Below, one piece after another: positions 10,021-22,516 of a DNA stretch of 64,000 bases. This DNA comes from an uncultured Gemmataceae bacterium (GTDB taxonomy: Bacteria; Planctomycetota; Planctomycetia; Gemmatales; Gemmataceae). Made by a program: the position numbers and the translations under genes. The stretch is from assembly GCA_963750165.1 (NCBI GenBank), contig CAVVPN010000012.1, positions 256,001 to 320,000 of the forward strand, given 5' to 3'. The notes under the pieces were generated by a model. The model ran no database searches. It saw only the letters and a program-made list of their open reading frames with translations, and had not been told where the DNA came from. Numbering within the stretch: position 1 is the stretch's first letter; the number at the start of each line of letters is the position of its first letter.

Positions 10021-10752
10021 ATGAAGGGACTCATCGCGGCGGCGGGGCTCAGCACCCGCATGCAGGACCTCGGTGATCGGCAGAACAAGGTGCTCCTCGA
10101 CCTCGGCGGCGACACGTTGCTGGGGTCCATTCTCACGAACTTCGAGCGGGCCGGCATCACCGAGACGACCGTCCTGGTCGGGCACGACGCCTTCGCGGTC
10201 CAGGACTTCTGTGGCAAGCGGGCCACCTGTCTGCTGAACCCGTTTTACGAGCACGCGGGCATTCTCGGTAGTGTCTGGCAGGCGCTGCCATACCTGGAGG
10301 GCCACGGGTTCACCTTCACCACGGGCGATCACTTCTTTTCCTTCGAGCGCTTCCAGCGCTTCCTGGCGGACCAGCCCGAGGCGGACGTTCTTGTGGACGT
10401 GGAGTTGAAGCCGTGCGACGACGAGGACATGAAGGTCTTCGCGGAGCGCAACGGCGACTTCCGCACCATGAGCAAGACGTTCCTCAAGGGCGGTCTGGTG
10501 CTGGGCGAGTTCACGGGCTGTGTCCGTTTCAGTGCCGACGGCAGCGCTCAGTTCTTTGAGACGCTCCGGCGGCAGGCCTGGCAGCGCGGGCTGCAAGGCT
10601 ACGTCGCGGACCTGCTGTGCAAGCTCCACCGCAAGTGGCCCCTCGCGTTCCATCTCAGTGACGACCATGGCCGGGTCGAGGTCGATTTCCCGTACGACCT
10701 GGCGAAAGCGCGGCAGCTCCACCGTCAGTTCAGCCCACGCAAGACCGGCTGA
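10021..10752 (+). CDS. Nucleotidyltransferase (phosphocholine cytidylyltransferase-like)
   Basis: LIAAAGLSTRM...NKVLL N-terminal NTP-transferase motif; DEDMKV; GEFTG. Confidence 0.8.
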   Translation: MKGLIAAAGLSTRMQDLGDRQNKVLLDLGGDTLLGSILTNFERAGITETTVLVGHDAFAVQDFCGKRATCLLNPFYEHAGILGSVWQALPYLEGHGFTFTTGDHFFSFERFQRFLADQPEADVLVDVELKPCDDEDMKVFAERNGDFRTMSKTFLKGGLVLGEFTGCVRFSADGSAQFFETLRRQAWQRGLQGYVADLLCKLHRKWPLAFHLSDDHGRVEVDFPYDLAKARQLHRQFSPRKTG

Positions 10753-10757
10753 ATCGG

Positions 10758-10845
10758 AAGGATGAATTACGAAGGATGAAGGCTGAATAGAACCGAAACT
10801 ATTCTTTCCTTTTTCATCCTTCATCCTTCATCCTTCATCCTTTCC
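10758..10845. repeat. Heptamer (GGATGAA/TTCATCC) inverted tandem repeat element
   Basis: ggatgaa...ggatgaaggctgaa and (ttcatcc)x4. Confidence 0.8.
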
Positions 10846-10870
10846 CTAATCCTTTCTGCAGGAACAGAGC

Positions 10871-11977
10871 ATGAATCGCGACCCCATTCTCATCCGCGTC
10901 GATGCCACGCCCCGCACCGGCTATGAGGGGCTGGCCCGCTGCCTGACGCTGGCGGCGGCGATCCAGCGGCGGCGGCGGCCGGTGTACTTCCTGTCGCAGC
11001 TGGAGCCCGGGTCGCTGGGTCTGCAGATCAAGCGCGCCGGCAACGAATGGCTTGAGGCCGACAACACTGCCGGCTCCCCCGACGACGCCACCGAGACGAT
11101 TCAGGAGATGCGCCGCCTGAACCCCGCGGCGGTGGTGACGGACGTGCCTGACGGGACACCCGGCTACCTGACAGAACTGCGAGCCAGTTCGCGGCTGCTG
11201 GCGGCGCTGGACCACCAGGCGGCGGGGCGAGTGCCGGCGCACCTCATCATCAACCCGTTGCTGGGGCCAGGCAAGGAGAGCTACGAGTTTGACCCGGGCA
11301 CGCAGCTACTGCTGGGGCAGCGCTACGCGCTGGTGCGGCCGGAAGTGCGACGGCTGCGGCAGGTGCGTTCGCAGGAACCGCCGCCGGTGCCAGTGCAGGG
11401 CCAGGTGCGCAACACGAATCAGTTCCGCGCCCTGGTGTCGCTGGGCGAGGACGACCCGCACCGCCGCACGCTGGAGCTGTCGAAGTTGCTGCTGGCGGTG
11501 CCGCGCATCGCCCGGGTGGACGTGGTGGTGCGTTCCTATCACCCGGACCTGGAAAAGTTGCAGGCGCTGGCGGCGGCGCACCCGGAGCGGCTGGAGGTGG
11601 CGCTGGAGCCGAACGAGATCAGCGCCCGCCTGGTGCGTGCGCACTTCGCGGTCACCAACGGCGGCGGCTGGTCGGTGGAGCTGGCGTGCATCGGCGTACC
11701 GCAACTGCTCATCGTGCAGAACGAGGCCCACTGGCCGACGGCCCAGCGGCTGGAGGAGGAGGGCTGTGCGGCCTGCCTGGGCTGGCACGAGAGCGTGTCG
11801 CCGAGCACCATCCGCCAGGCGGTGCAGAACCTGCTCAGCGACCCGATCGAACGGCAGGCGCTGGCCCGCTGCGCCCGCAACCTGATCGACGGTCGCGGCC
11901 CGGATCGGTTGGTGACGGCCCTGGAAATCCTGCTGCACCCGTCGCGGTCGCTGGACTTCAGCAGCGAGGCGGCGTAG
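10871..11977 (+). CDS. SpsG/PseG-like polysaccharide biosynthesis glycosyltransferase/hydrolase
   Basis: ILIRVDA..TGYEGLARCLTLA, LLGQRYALVRPE, AVTNGG, ELACIGVP, IDGRG. Confidence 0.8.
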   Translation: MNRDPILIRVDATPRTGYEGLARCLTLAAAIQRRRRPVYFLSQLEPGSLGLQIKRAGNEWLEADNTAGSPDDATETIQEMRRLNPAAVVTDVPDGTPGYLTELRASSRLLAALDHQAAGRVPAHLIINPLLGPGKESYEFDPGTQLLLGQRYALVRPEVRRLRQVRSQEPPPVPVQGQVRNTNQFRALVSLGEDDPHRRTLELSKLLLAVPRIARVDVVVRSYHPDLEKLQALAAAHPERLEVALEPNEISARLVRAHFAVTNGGGWSVELACIGVPQLLIVQNEAHWPTAQRLEEEGCAACLGWHESVSPSTIRQAVQNLLSDPIERQALARCARNLIDGRGPDRLVTALEILLHPSRSLDFSSEAA

Positions 11978-11985
11978 CCCGGAAA

Positions 11986-12119
11986 AATTAGCCACAGAGG
12001 ACACAGAGAGCACAGAGAGAAGAAGAGAGAATGGGTTTCAACCCGGTAGCCGCGACTCTTTCGAAGGGTCGCGGCTTCTTTCTTTCTCAGTGTCCTCAGT
12101 GTCCTCTGTGGCTAAATTT
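11986..12119. repeat. CACAGAG-type inverted repeat element
   Basis: aattagccacagaggacacagagagcacagag ... ctcagtgtcctctgtggctaaatt. Confidence 0.75.
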
Positions 12120-12208
12120 GGCCCGCTAACCTTGCTCTTGGCCATGCTCGCGCTTTATGCTGCGGGTGGTTTTTGCCCCCACCCTAACCCGAGCGCGGTG
12201 ACCCGGAC

Positions 12209-13963
12209 ATGGACAAGAACGAAGTCGCGGCCATTCTCGACGAAATCGGCACCCTGCTGGAACTGCAGGGCGAAAACTCCTTCCGCTGCAACGCCTACCA
12301 CAACGGCGCCCGCGCCATTGAACAGCTGGAGACGAAGCTCAGCGATCTGGTCGCCGCCGGCACACTCAAGGACGTGCCCGGCATCGGCGAAACACTGCGC
12401 GAGAAGATCACCACGCTGGTCACCACCGGCAAGCTACCGTTCTACGAGGAACTTAAACAGAAGACGCCGCCCGCCCTGGTGCAGATGCTGCGCATCCAGG
12501 GCATGGGACCGAAGAAGGTCAAGGCGTTGTACGATCAGCTCGGCATCGATTCGCTGGACAAACTCAAGGCCGCGTGCGAGAGCGGCCAGGTCGCGGAACT
12601 GAAGGGCTTCGGCGCCAAGACGCAGGCGAAGATTCTGGAGGGCATGGCGTTTCTCAGCCAGGCCGGCGTTGGCGAACGTGTGCGGCTGGACCAGGCGCTG
12701 CCGCTGGCGCGGCAGATCATGGAGCAGCTGGCGAAGTGCCCCGGCGTCATCCGCATGGAGCTGGGCGGCAGTCTGCGGCGGCGGCGCGAGACCATCGGCG
12801 ACATGGACATCCTCGTCAGTACCGATGATGCGAAGCCGATCATGGACGCCTTCGTGAGTTTCCCACAGGTGTTGCAGGTGACCGGCCACGGCGACACCAA
12901 GTCGAGTACGGTGCTGGCCGGACCCACCGAGGGTGGCAAGCGCGTGGTCATGAATGCGGACCTGCGCGTGGTCAAGGACGCGCAGTTCCCGTTCGCGCTG
13001 CACTACTTCACCGGCGGCAAGGAGCACAACATTCAGATGCGCATCCGCGCCCAGGAACGCGGTCTGAAGCTCAATGAGTACGAGTTGGCCGGCGACGGCA
13101 AGCACATCAAGTGCAAGGACGAGGCGGACATCTTCAAGTATTTTGGGCTCGATTACATCGAACCGGAGATGCGCGAACAGACTGGCGAACTGGAGGCGGC
13201 CGAGAAACACCAGCTGCCGAAGTTGATCGAACTCGATGATTTGCAGGGGACGTTCCACTGCCACACGACCTACAGCGACGGCAACGCGACGCTGGAAGAA
13301 ATGGCGCTGGCGGCGAAGAAGCTGGGCTTCAAGTACCTGGGCATCGGCGACCACTCGCAATCGTTGCAGGTGGCCAACGGCCTGACCATCGACCGCGTGA
13401 AGAAACAGCACCAGGAGATTGACGCCCTCAATGCGAAGCTGAAAGGCATCCACATCTTCAAGGGTACGGAGTGCGACATCCTCGCGGACGGCAGTCTGGA
13501 TTTTCCGGACGAGGTGCTGGGCTGGTTCGATTACGTGGTGGCCAGCGTCCATACGCATTTCAACCAGTCCGAAGAGGAGATAACGAAGCGCATCATCAAG
13601 GCGATCAGCCACCCGCGCGTGACGATGCTGGGCCACGCGACGGGCCGGCTGCTGCTGCGCCGCGAGGGCTACAAGGTCGATCTCGAAGCGGTGCTGCAGG
13701 CGGCGGCGAAACATCACACAATGGTCGAGATCAACGCCCATCCAATGCGGCTGGACATCGACTGGATTCATTGCAAGCGGGCCAAGGCGCTCGGCGTGCA
13801 GCTGGTCATCAACCCGGACGCGCACAGCACCCATGATCTGGAGTATGTGGAGTATGGGGTGTACGTGGCGCGGCGTGGCTGGCTGGAAAAGGAGAATGTG
13901 TTCAACACGAAGTCGCTGGCCCAGATCACGAAGGAACTGGAACTGCGGAAGCAGCGTGCCTGA
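12209..13963 (+). CDS. polX: DNA polymerase X / PHP 3'-5' exonuclease
   Basis: GSLRRRRETIGDMDIL, DLR, LHYFTG; PHP motifs HCHTTYSDG, DHS, GTECDI, NPDAH. Confidence 0.95.
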   Translation: MDKNEVAAILDEIGTLLELQGENSFRCNAYHNGARAIEQLETKLSDLVAAGTLKDVPGIGETLREKITTLVTTGKLPFYEELKQKTPPALVQMLRIQGMGPKKVKALYDQLGIDSLDKLKAACESGQVAELKGFGAKTQAKILEGMAFLSQAGVGERVRLDQALPLARQIMEQLAKCPGVIRMELGGSLRRRRETIGDMDILVSTDDAKPIMDAFVSFPQVLQVTGHGDTKSSTVLAGPTEGGKRVVMNADLRVVKDAQFPFALHYFTGGKEHNIQMRIRAQERGLKLNEYELAGDGKHIKCKDEADIFKYFGLDYIEPEMREQTGELEAAEKHQLPKLIELDDLQGTFHCHTTYSDGNATLEEMALAAKKLGFKYLGIGDHSQSLQVANGLTIDRVKKQHQEIDALNAKLKGIHIFKGTECDILADGSLDFPDEVLGWFDYVVASVHTHFNQSEEEITKRIIKAISHPRVTMLGHATGRLLLRREGYKVDLEAVLQAAAKHHTMVEINAHPMRLDIDWIHCKRAKALGVQLVINPDAHSTHDLEYVEYGVYVARRGWLEKENVFNTKSLAQITKELELRKQRA

Positions 13964-14020
13964 CAGGCCGGAACTGTCCAGAAGCAATCACCGTCTCTGA
14001 AGCAGAAGGAGAAAGACGAC

Positions 14021-14350
14021 ATGAATTTTACTGTAAAAACCGACGCTCCGCCGATTCGCGAAGATGCTAGCGGAGCCCTGCGTGTCGGCGATTCCCGAGT
14101 GCTGCTCGAACTGGTGATCCGGGCGTTCCAGGATGGAGCGACCCCGGAAACGATAGTGCTGCGCTACGACACCCTGGCACTTGAAGACGTCTACGCCATC
14201 ATCACGTACTACCTGCGCCACCGAGACGACATCGAGCAGTACCTTGCCCAGCGCGAACAACAAGCGGAAGAAATGCGGCAGCAGATGGAGCGCCAACAGA
14301 GCGACCTGAGCGAAATCCGTGCGCGCCTGCAAGCCCGGCGACGATCCTGA
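14021..14350 (+). CDS. DUF433-family antitoxin
   Basis: RVGDSRVLLELVIRAFQDGATPETIV..YDTL.LEDVYAIITYY. Confidence 0.85.
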   Translation: MNFTVKTDAPPIREDASGALRVGDSRVLLELVIRAFQDGATPETIVLRYDTLALEDVYAIITYYLRHRDDIEQYLAQREQQAEEMRQQMERQQSDLSEIRARLQARRRS

Positions 14351-14480
14351 GAACAGGCCGAATTGCGACTGCCTACCCGCCCGGACGACTTTTATCGTAT
14401 CGTGGGGGCGCGGAGCCGGCGGCGACCTGAGCGAAATCCGTGCAGGCCCGTAGGCCCGGCCGCGATCCTGAGGACAAGCC

Positions 14481-14837
14481 ATGTTGCGACTGCTGGCGGA
14501 CGAAAATTTCCACGGCGACATCGTGCGCGGGTTGTTACTACGCCAGTTGGACCTGGACATCGTTCGTCTGCAAGATGTCGGCCTTTACGGTGCGGAGGAT
14601 CCGGACATTCTGGCCTGGGCCGCCGAGAACAGCCGTATTCTTTTATCCCACGACCGCGCAACCGTTCCCGACCATGCTTACGCGCGCTTGGCAGCAGGGG
14701 AGGCGATGGCAGGCGTTTTCATCCTGAATGATCGGTTCCCAGTCGGACAGGCCATTCAAGAGATCTTGCTGATGGTGGAGTGTAGTGAGCAAGCGGATTG
14801 GAGCAGCAGAGTAGTTCATTTGCCTCTGTGCAGGTGA
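14481..14837 (+). CDS. DUF5615-family PIN-like toxin
   Basis: MLRLLADENF...GLYGAEDPDILAWAAENSRILLSHD; follows DUF433. Confidence 0.85.
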   Translation: MLRLLADENFHGDIVRGLLLRQLDLDIVRLQDVGLYGAEDPDILAWAAENSRILLSHDRATVPDHAYARLAAGEAMAGVFILNDRFPVGQAIQEILLMVECSEQADWSSRVVHLPLCR

Positions 14838-14912
14838 ACAACAGTTTGTATATGGGATAGTCACTCAGAGCGGCGAACCCACGACGGTCTCATTATTTAA
14901 GGAAGTCCGGCA

Positions 14913-16766
14913 ATGACCGAGCGCCCCGTTACCGGCGACTGGCCGGCGCCAATCGGGACACTGCCGGCAGACTGGCCGACGGTCCCCGGCTACGAACTCC
15001 TGGGCGAGCTGGGACGAGGCGGCATGGGCGTCGTCTACCGCGCCCGTCAGGTCAATCCGCAGCGGCTGGTCGCGCTCAAGCTGATCCGCGACGGCGCCCT
15101 GGCCGGCCCGCAGGAGCGCGCCCGCTTTCGCATCGAAGCCGAGGCGGCGGGGCGCATGCGGCACCCCAACATCGTGCAGGTCTACGAGGTCGGCGAGCAT
15201 CAGGGCCGACCCTATTTCGCGATGGAACTCATTGAGGGCGGCAGTCTCGACCAGCACCTCGCCGGCCGGCCGCAGCCCGCGACGCAGGCAGCCGAACTGC
15301 TCCGCACCCTGGCCGGGGCCATCCAGCACGCTCACGAGCAGCACGTCATTCACCGCGATCTGAAGCCGGCCAACATCCTGTTGGCGTCCGTGGTCCGCGC
15401 ATCGTTGTCCGTTGCGGAAGAGCCGGCGACGGATGGCAACGGACTACGGACCACGGACTACGGAAAACCGAAGGTCACCGACTTTGGCCTCGCCAAGCGC
15501 CTCGATAGCGAGAGCACCGCCCTGACGTTCGACGGGGCCGTCCTGGGCACGGCCGGTTACATGGCTCCCGAGCAGGCCGCCGGCCGCGTCAACGAGATCG
15601 GCCCGGCCACCGATGTGTATGCGTTGGGCGCCATCCTGTATGAGTTGCTCACCGGCCGGCCCCCCTTCCTGGCCGACACCTGGAACCAGGCACTGCAGCA
15701 GGTACTCCACGAGGAGCCGACGCCGCCGAGCCGGTTGCGGGCAGAGGTGCCTTGCGATCTGGAGACGATCTGTCTCAAATGTTTGGAAAAGCGACCCGAC
15801 GGCCGCTACGCCTCTGCCGTGGCGCTGGCGGAAGATCTTGGCCGGTTCCTCACAGCGCAGCCGGTGATGGCCAAACCCATCGGGGAGCGCGAACGGTTGG
15901 CTCGCCTGGCCGAACGTGATGGTTACCAGATAATCGGCGAGAGCGGCCGTGGCCCCCGAAGCATTGTCTACCACGCCCTGTTTGGTCCACTCCGGCAGCC
16001 CGTGGCTTTGAAAGTATTTCGGGAGGGGATTTGCACGCGAGAGGTATGGGAAGACCGTGTCCAGCGGAGTGCGGATATATGGGCCGTCCTCACGCACCCA
16101 CACATCGTCCCCGTGCAGCAGGCCGGTTGGTGGGACGGCGCTCCGTATGTCGCCGTGGAGTACGTCCCGAACGGCAGCCTCGCCGCCAGGCTCGCGGGCC
16201 AACCGCAGCCCGTGCGCCAGTCCCTCGCCGTGGTCGCGCAGCTGGCGGAGGTCGTCAGTTACCTTCACCGTCAGGGGGTGGTCCACGGCAACCTGAAGCC
16301 GAGCAACGTCCTGCTCGCCGCGGACGGCATTCCTCGGCTCGTCGATTTCCGCTACACCGCGGGCCTGTCCCTGGACCCGTTCTCCGCCGAGCCCGCCGGC
16401 CTCGCGTATCTGGCCCCCGAACTGATCCGCGGCCCGGATGCCGAGCCGCGCTTCTTCACGGACATCTATGGCCTTGGCGTGATCCTGTACGAACTGCTGA
16501 CCGGAAGGCCGCCATTCGCCGGGGCCACCGCGGCGGAGGTACTGGAGCAGGTACGCTCCCAGGAACCGGTCCCCCTCACCCGTCTCAACCCCCAGGTGAC
16601 GCCGCAGCTGGAAGCGTTCTGCCTGCATTGTCTCGGCAAGAACCCGTGGAAGCGCTACGAGCGCGCATATGATGTGCTCACGCGCCTGCGCTACTTCCAC
16701 GACAACCACGACAGTCGCGTCGCGTCGGGGAAGCGCTGGCCCAGGCGACCACCGCGCGGCCGCTGA
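14913..16766 (+). CDS. Tandem Ser/Thr kinase + degenerate kinase domain protein
   Basis: Domain 1: GRGGMGVVY, VALK, HRDLKPAN, DFG, YMAPE. Domain 2: VALK, HGNLKPSN, DFR, YLAPE. Confidence 0.9.
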   Translation: MTERPVTGDWPAPIGTLPADWPTVPGYELLGELGRGGMGVVYRARQVNPQRLVALKLIRDGALAGPQERARFRIEAEAAGRMRHPNIVQVYEVGEHQGRPYFAMELIEGGSLDQHLAGRPQPATQAAELLRTLAGAIQHAHEQHVIHRDLKPANILLASVVRASLSVAEEPATDGNGLRTTDYGKPKVTDFGLAKRLDSESTALTFDGAVLGTAGYMAPEQAAGRVNEIGPATDVYALGAILYELLTGRPPFLADTWNQALQQVLHEEPTPPSRLRAEVPCDLETICLKCLEKRPDGRYASAVALAEDLGRFLTAQPVMAKPIGERERLARLAERDGYQIIGESGRGPRSIVYHALFGPLRQPVALKVFREGICTREVWEDRVQRSADIWAVLTHPHIVPVQQAGWWDGAPYVAVEYVPNGSLAARLAGQPQPVRQSLAVVAQLAEVVSYLHRQGVVHGNLKPSNVLLAADGIPRLVDFRYTAGLSLDPFSAEPAGLAYLAPELIRGPDAEPRFFTDIYGLGVILYELLTGRPPFAGATAAEVLEQVRSQEPVPLTRLNPQVTPQLEAFCLHCLGKNPWKRYERAYDVLTRLRYFHDNHDSRVASGKRWPRRPPRGR

Positions 16767-16907
16767 CCAATGTCGGATTACAGATGCCTTCGTTCCTTCG
16801 TCTCGGGGAGAGTGCCATGCGACACACACTGCTGCTGTTGGTCACGAGTACGGCACGCTCGTTCGGCCTGCCGGGGGTAGACGAGGTGAGCAAGATGGGG
16901 GCGGCCA

Positions 16908-17510
16908 ATGAGTAGGGCGGTAATGGTGGTGTGGCTGGTCCTGCTGGCTGCCGTGTTAGCGATACCATTCCTGGGGCGCGTGTCCGACCCCGGCGAGGAG
17001 TTGACGCGGCAGACGATCCGGCTGGCGCTGCTGTTCTACGGCGTCGCGGCGGTGCTGATGCCGTGGCTGACCGCCGCAGATTGGGCCGCACTGACGCCGC
17101 GCGGCCGGGCGGTGCGGCTCTGCTGGGCGCTGGCGTGGCTGGCGTACCTCATCCATGTCGGTATGGCTTTCCACTTCTACCACCACTGGTCCCATGAGGA
17201 TGCCGTCGAGCGCACGCAGCGCGTCAGCGGGTTCGGGCCGGGCATTTACCTGTCGCATGGGTTCACGCTGGTCTGGCTGGCGGATGTGCTGTGCTGGCTG
17301 GGGTGGCCGCACCGCTACGCCCGGCGCCCGGTTTGGATGGGCGCGGCGCTGCACGGGTTCCTGGCGTTCATGATCTTCAACGCGACGGTGGTGTTCGGCG
17401 AAGGCTGGATCCGCTGGGCGGGCGGCGGACTGCTGGCGGCGGTGGTGGTGGGAGCCCTGGCCCGATCCACCTTGATTTATCGATTCGCGCTCAGGAGCGC
17501 GAATCGATAA
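16908..17510 (+). CDS. Hypothetical membrane protein
   Basis: About six hydrophobic helices with conserved-looking His residues (HVGMAFHFYHHWSH). Confidence 0.7.
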   Translation: MSRAVMVVWLVLLAAVLAIPFLGRVSDPGEELTRQTIRLALLFYGVAAVLMPWLTAADWAALTPRGRAVRLCWALAWLAYLIHVGMAFHFYHHWSHEDAVERTQRVSGFGPGIYLSHGFTLVWLADVLCWLGWPHRYARRPVWMGAALHGFLAFMIFNATVVFGEGWIRWAGGGLLAAVVVGALARSTLIYRFALRSANR

Positions 17511-17526
17511 ATCAAGGCCGTGGCGG

Positions 17527-19479
17527 TCACACGTCGAGGTCTTCCGCGACGGCCTGCGGCGCGTGCTGCATGATGAACTTGTAGCGCAGCCCCGGTTCCT
17601 TGCCCAGCAGCTCCGAGAACGTGCTGTCCGCTTCCAGGTTGGAGTCGATCTCCACCTTCAACAGCGTCCGCGAACGCGGGTCCATCGTGGTGGTCTTCAG
17701 GTCCACCGCTTCCATTTCGCCGAGGCCCTTGAGCCGGGTGATCTCCGGCTTGGCGTTGCCGCGCAGGCCCGCCAGGATTTCCTCACGGTGCTCGTCGTCA
17801 CGCGCCCACAGCGTCTCCTTGCCGACCTGGATCTTGTACAGCGGCGGCTGGGCGAGGTAGACGTGGCCCTTGCGAATCAACTCCGTCAGGTGGCGGAAGA
17901 AGAACGCGAGCATCAACGTGGTGATGTGGTGGCCGTCAGCGTCGGCGTCCATCAGCAGGATGATCTTGCCGTAACGCAACCCCGCCAGGTTGAACTTCTC
18001 GCCCGCCCCAGTGCCCAGCGCGCTCACCAGATCCGACAGTTCCGTGTTGGACATCACCTTGGTCAGGGCCTGGCCTTCGGAATTCAGAATCTTGCCGCGC
18101 AACGGCAGCACCGCCTGCTTGCGGCTGTCGCGGCCCTTCTTGGCGCTGCCGCCGGCCGACTGCCCCTCGACGATGAACAACTCGGATTCGTCCAGTTCAC
18201 TGCTCTCGCAGTCGGCCAGCTTGCCGGGCAGGTTCAGCCGCCGCGACGAGGCGCTCTTGCGCTTGATCTCGCTGGCCGCCTCACGCGACGCCAACCGGGC
18301 CTTGGCCGCCAGCACGATGCGGCCGATGATCTGGTCCGCCGCCGTCTTGTTGGCGTTCAGCCAGGACTCCAGCGCCGGCCGCACGAAGTTCTCCACCGTG
18401 GCAACCATTTCGGGGTTGTTCAACTTTTCCTTGGTCTGGCCCTGGAACATTGGCTCGCGCACGAACACCGACAGCACGCCGACCACGCCCTCGCGGATGT
18501 CCTCGGCGCTGATGTCCAGCCCCTTGACCTTGATCTCGTGCGTCTCCATGAACTTGCGGACAGACTTGACGATGCCGCTCTTGAAGCCGGATTCGTGCGT
18601 GCCGCCCGCCGACGTGCGGATGCCGTTGACGTAACTGCGGATCGTCTCGTCGGTCGCTTCCGTCCACTGCAAGGCGACTTCCATCTTCTCACCCCCCCAT
18701 CCCCCCCCCTTCGAGGGGGGGGATGAGGGGGGGGTGCGCGCCAGCGTGAACGGCGCCTCATGGACCGTTGGTTTCTGGCCGTCGGCGATCAGCCGGCCCA
18801 GGAACTCCGGGATACCGCCCGGGTGCGTCAGGTCGTGCGTCTCCTTCGTGACCTCGTTCTTGAAGATGATCTTCAACCCGCTGTGGATGTACGACATGTC
18901 CTCCAGGTGCGGCCTGATCTGGTCGGCGTCGAAGTGCGTCGTCTTGAAAATCTCGGGGTCCGGCTCGAAGTAGATGGTCGTGCCGTGCAGGCGGGTCGGT
19001 TCCAACTTCTCCAGCTCCGACGCCGGCTTGCCGCGCTTGAAGGTCTGCTGCCACTCGAAACCGTCGCGCTTGATCGTGGCGACCAGCTTGCGCGACAGCG
19101 CGTTCACCACCGACGAGCCGACGCCGTGCAGACCGCCGCTGTGGATGTAGTTGTCGCTGTCGCCGAACTTGCCACCGGAGTGCAGCGTCGTCAGGATCAA
19201 CTCCAGAGCGGAGCGCTTGTACTTGGGGTGCAGGTCCACGGGGATGCCGCGGCCGTTGTCCTGCACCGTCACCGCGTCGCCGCCCTTGTGAAGCGTGACG
19301 GTGATGGCGTCGGCGTGGCCGTTGAGGTACTCGTCCACGGCGTTATCGACGATTTCCCAGACGAGGTGGTGCAGCCCCTTGGGGTCCACGCCGCCGATGT
19401 ACATCGACGGCCGCTTGCGCACCGGCTCCAGCCCTTCGAGGACGGTGATGTCCTTGGCGGTGTAGGTCGCTGTGCTCAT
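17527..19479 (-). CDS. parE: Type IIA DNA topoisomerase subunit B (GyrB/ParE family, probably topo IV-like)
   Basis: VLEGLEPVRKRPSMYIG, EIVDNAVDE, DNGRGIP, SGGLHGVG, EGQSAGG, PLRGKILN, DADADG. Confidence 0.9.
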   Translation of the reverse strand: MSTATYTAKDITVLEGLEPVRKRPSMYIGGVDPKGLHHLVWEIVDNAVDEYLNGHADAITVTLHKGGDAVTVQDNGRGIPVDLHPKYKRSALELILTTLHSGGKFGDSDNYIHSGGLHGVGSSVVNALSRKLVATIKRDGFEWQQTFKRGKPASELEKLEPTRLHGTTIYFEPDPEIFKTTHFDADQIRPHLEDMSYIHSGLKIIFKNEVTKETHDLTHPGGIPEFLGRLIADGQKPTVHEAPFTLARTPPSSPPSKGGGWGGEKMEVALQWTEATDETIRSYVNGIRTSAGGTHESGFKSGIVKSVRKFMETHEIKVKGLDISAEDIREGVVGVLSVFVREPMFQGQTKEKLNNPEMVATVENFVRPALESWLNANKTAADQIIGRIVLAAKARLASREAASEIKRKSASSRRLNLPGKLADCESSELDESELFIVEGQSAGGSAKKGRDSRKQAVLPLRGKILNSEGQALTKVMSNTELSDLVSALGTGAGEKFNLAGLRYGKIILLMDADADGHHITTLMLAFFFRHLTELIRKGHVYLAQPPLYKIQVGKETLWARDDEHREEILAGLRGNAKPEITRLKGLGEMEAVDLKTTTMDPRSRTLLKVEIDSNLEADSTFSELLGKEPGLRYKFIMQHAPQAVAEDLDV

Positions 19480-19498
19480 CGCTTCTTTCACTCCACGC

Positions 19499-20056
19499 TC
19501 AGGCAAAAATCTCGTCCACCGTCATCCGCCAACCGGGCACGGCGGGCTCGGCCTCGGCGGTGTCACCGCGCCGCCAGGTCACCGGGTTCGTTGGATCGGT
19601 GGCGCGGTAGCAGGTCACGGTTTCCGCGATTGGGTCAACATCCCAAACCACCTGTGTGCCCACCACAAAATACTCTTCTCGCTTGGCGGCAATTTCGGCA
19701 TCGGCGGCGGCCCCATAACTATTTTCGCTGCGCACCTCGGCCGCGAACGTGGGTGGACCGACAACGAAACCCATGAGATTGGCCGGCAAGGGGCCGTTGT
19801 AGTAGGAGGCGTCCGGGGAAAACGACTCGCGCCCGGAAGGAAGTTGCGGGACGCCGTAACCAATACTGTCAGTGAATGCCCTTCCTTGTTTGGTTTGCTT
19901 GACGTACGCGCGAAGACCGACGTAGATGTTGCCACCGACTTCATTGGGGCGAATGCCGACAGACATTTGCACAACCCTTCCGCCAATAAGTTCGGCTTTA
20001 CCGTCCGTTCCCATCAGGTCGTCCAGGGTCGCGCGCGACTGTCCAACGGCAGCCAT
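19499..20056 (-). CDS. Uma2/DUF820 family endonuclease
   Basis: KAELIGG, FSPDASY, PTFAAEVRS, K..EYF..G..VVWDVDP. Confidence 0.88.
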   Translation of the reverse strand: MAAVGQSRATLDDLMGTDGKAELIGGRVVQMSVGIRPNEVGGNIYVGLRAYVKQTKQGRAFTDSIGYGVPQLPSGRESFSPDASYYNGPLPANLMGFVVGPPTFAAEVRSENSYGAAADAEIAAKREEYFVVGTQVVWDVDPIAETVTCYRATDPTNPVTWRRGDTAEAEPAVPGWRMTVDEIFA

Positions 20057-20116
20057 GACAATTCTCCCGTGATCGCTCGGGGTTCGCTACATCGCTTGCG
20101 GCGGACGAGGTAGGTG

Positions 20117-22516
<2,400 letters not shown>

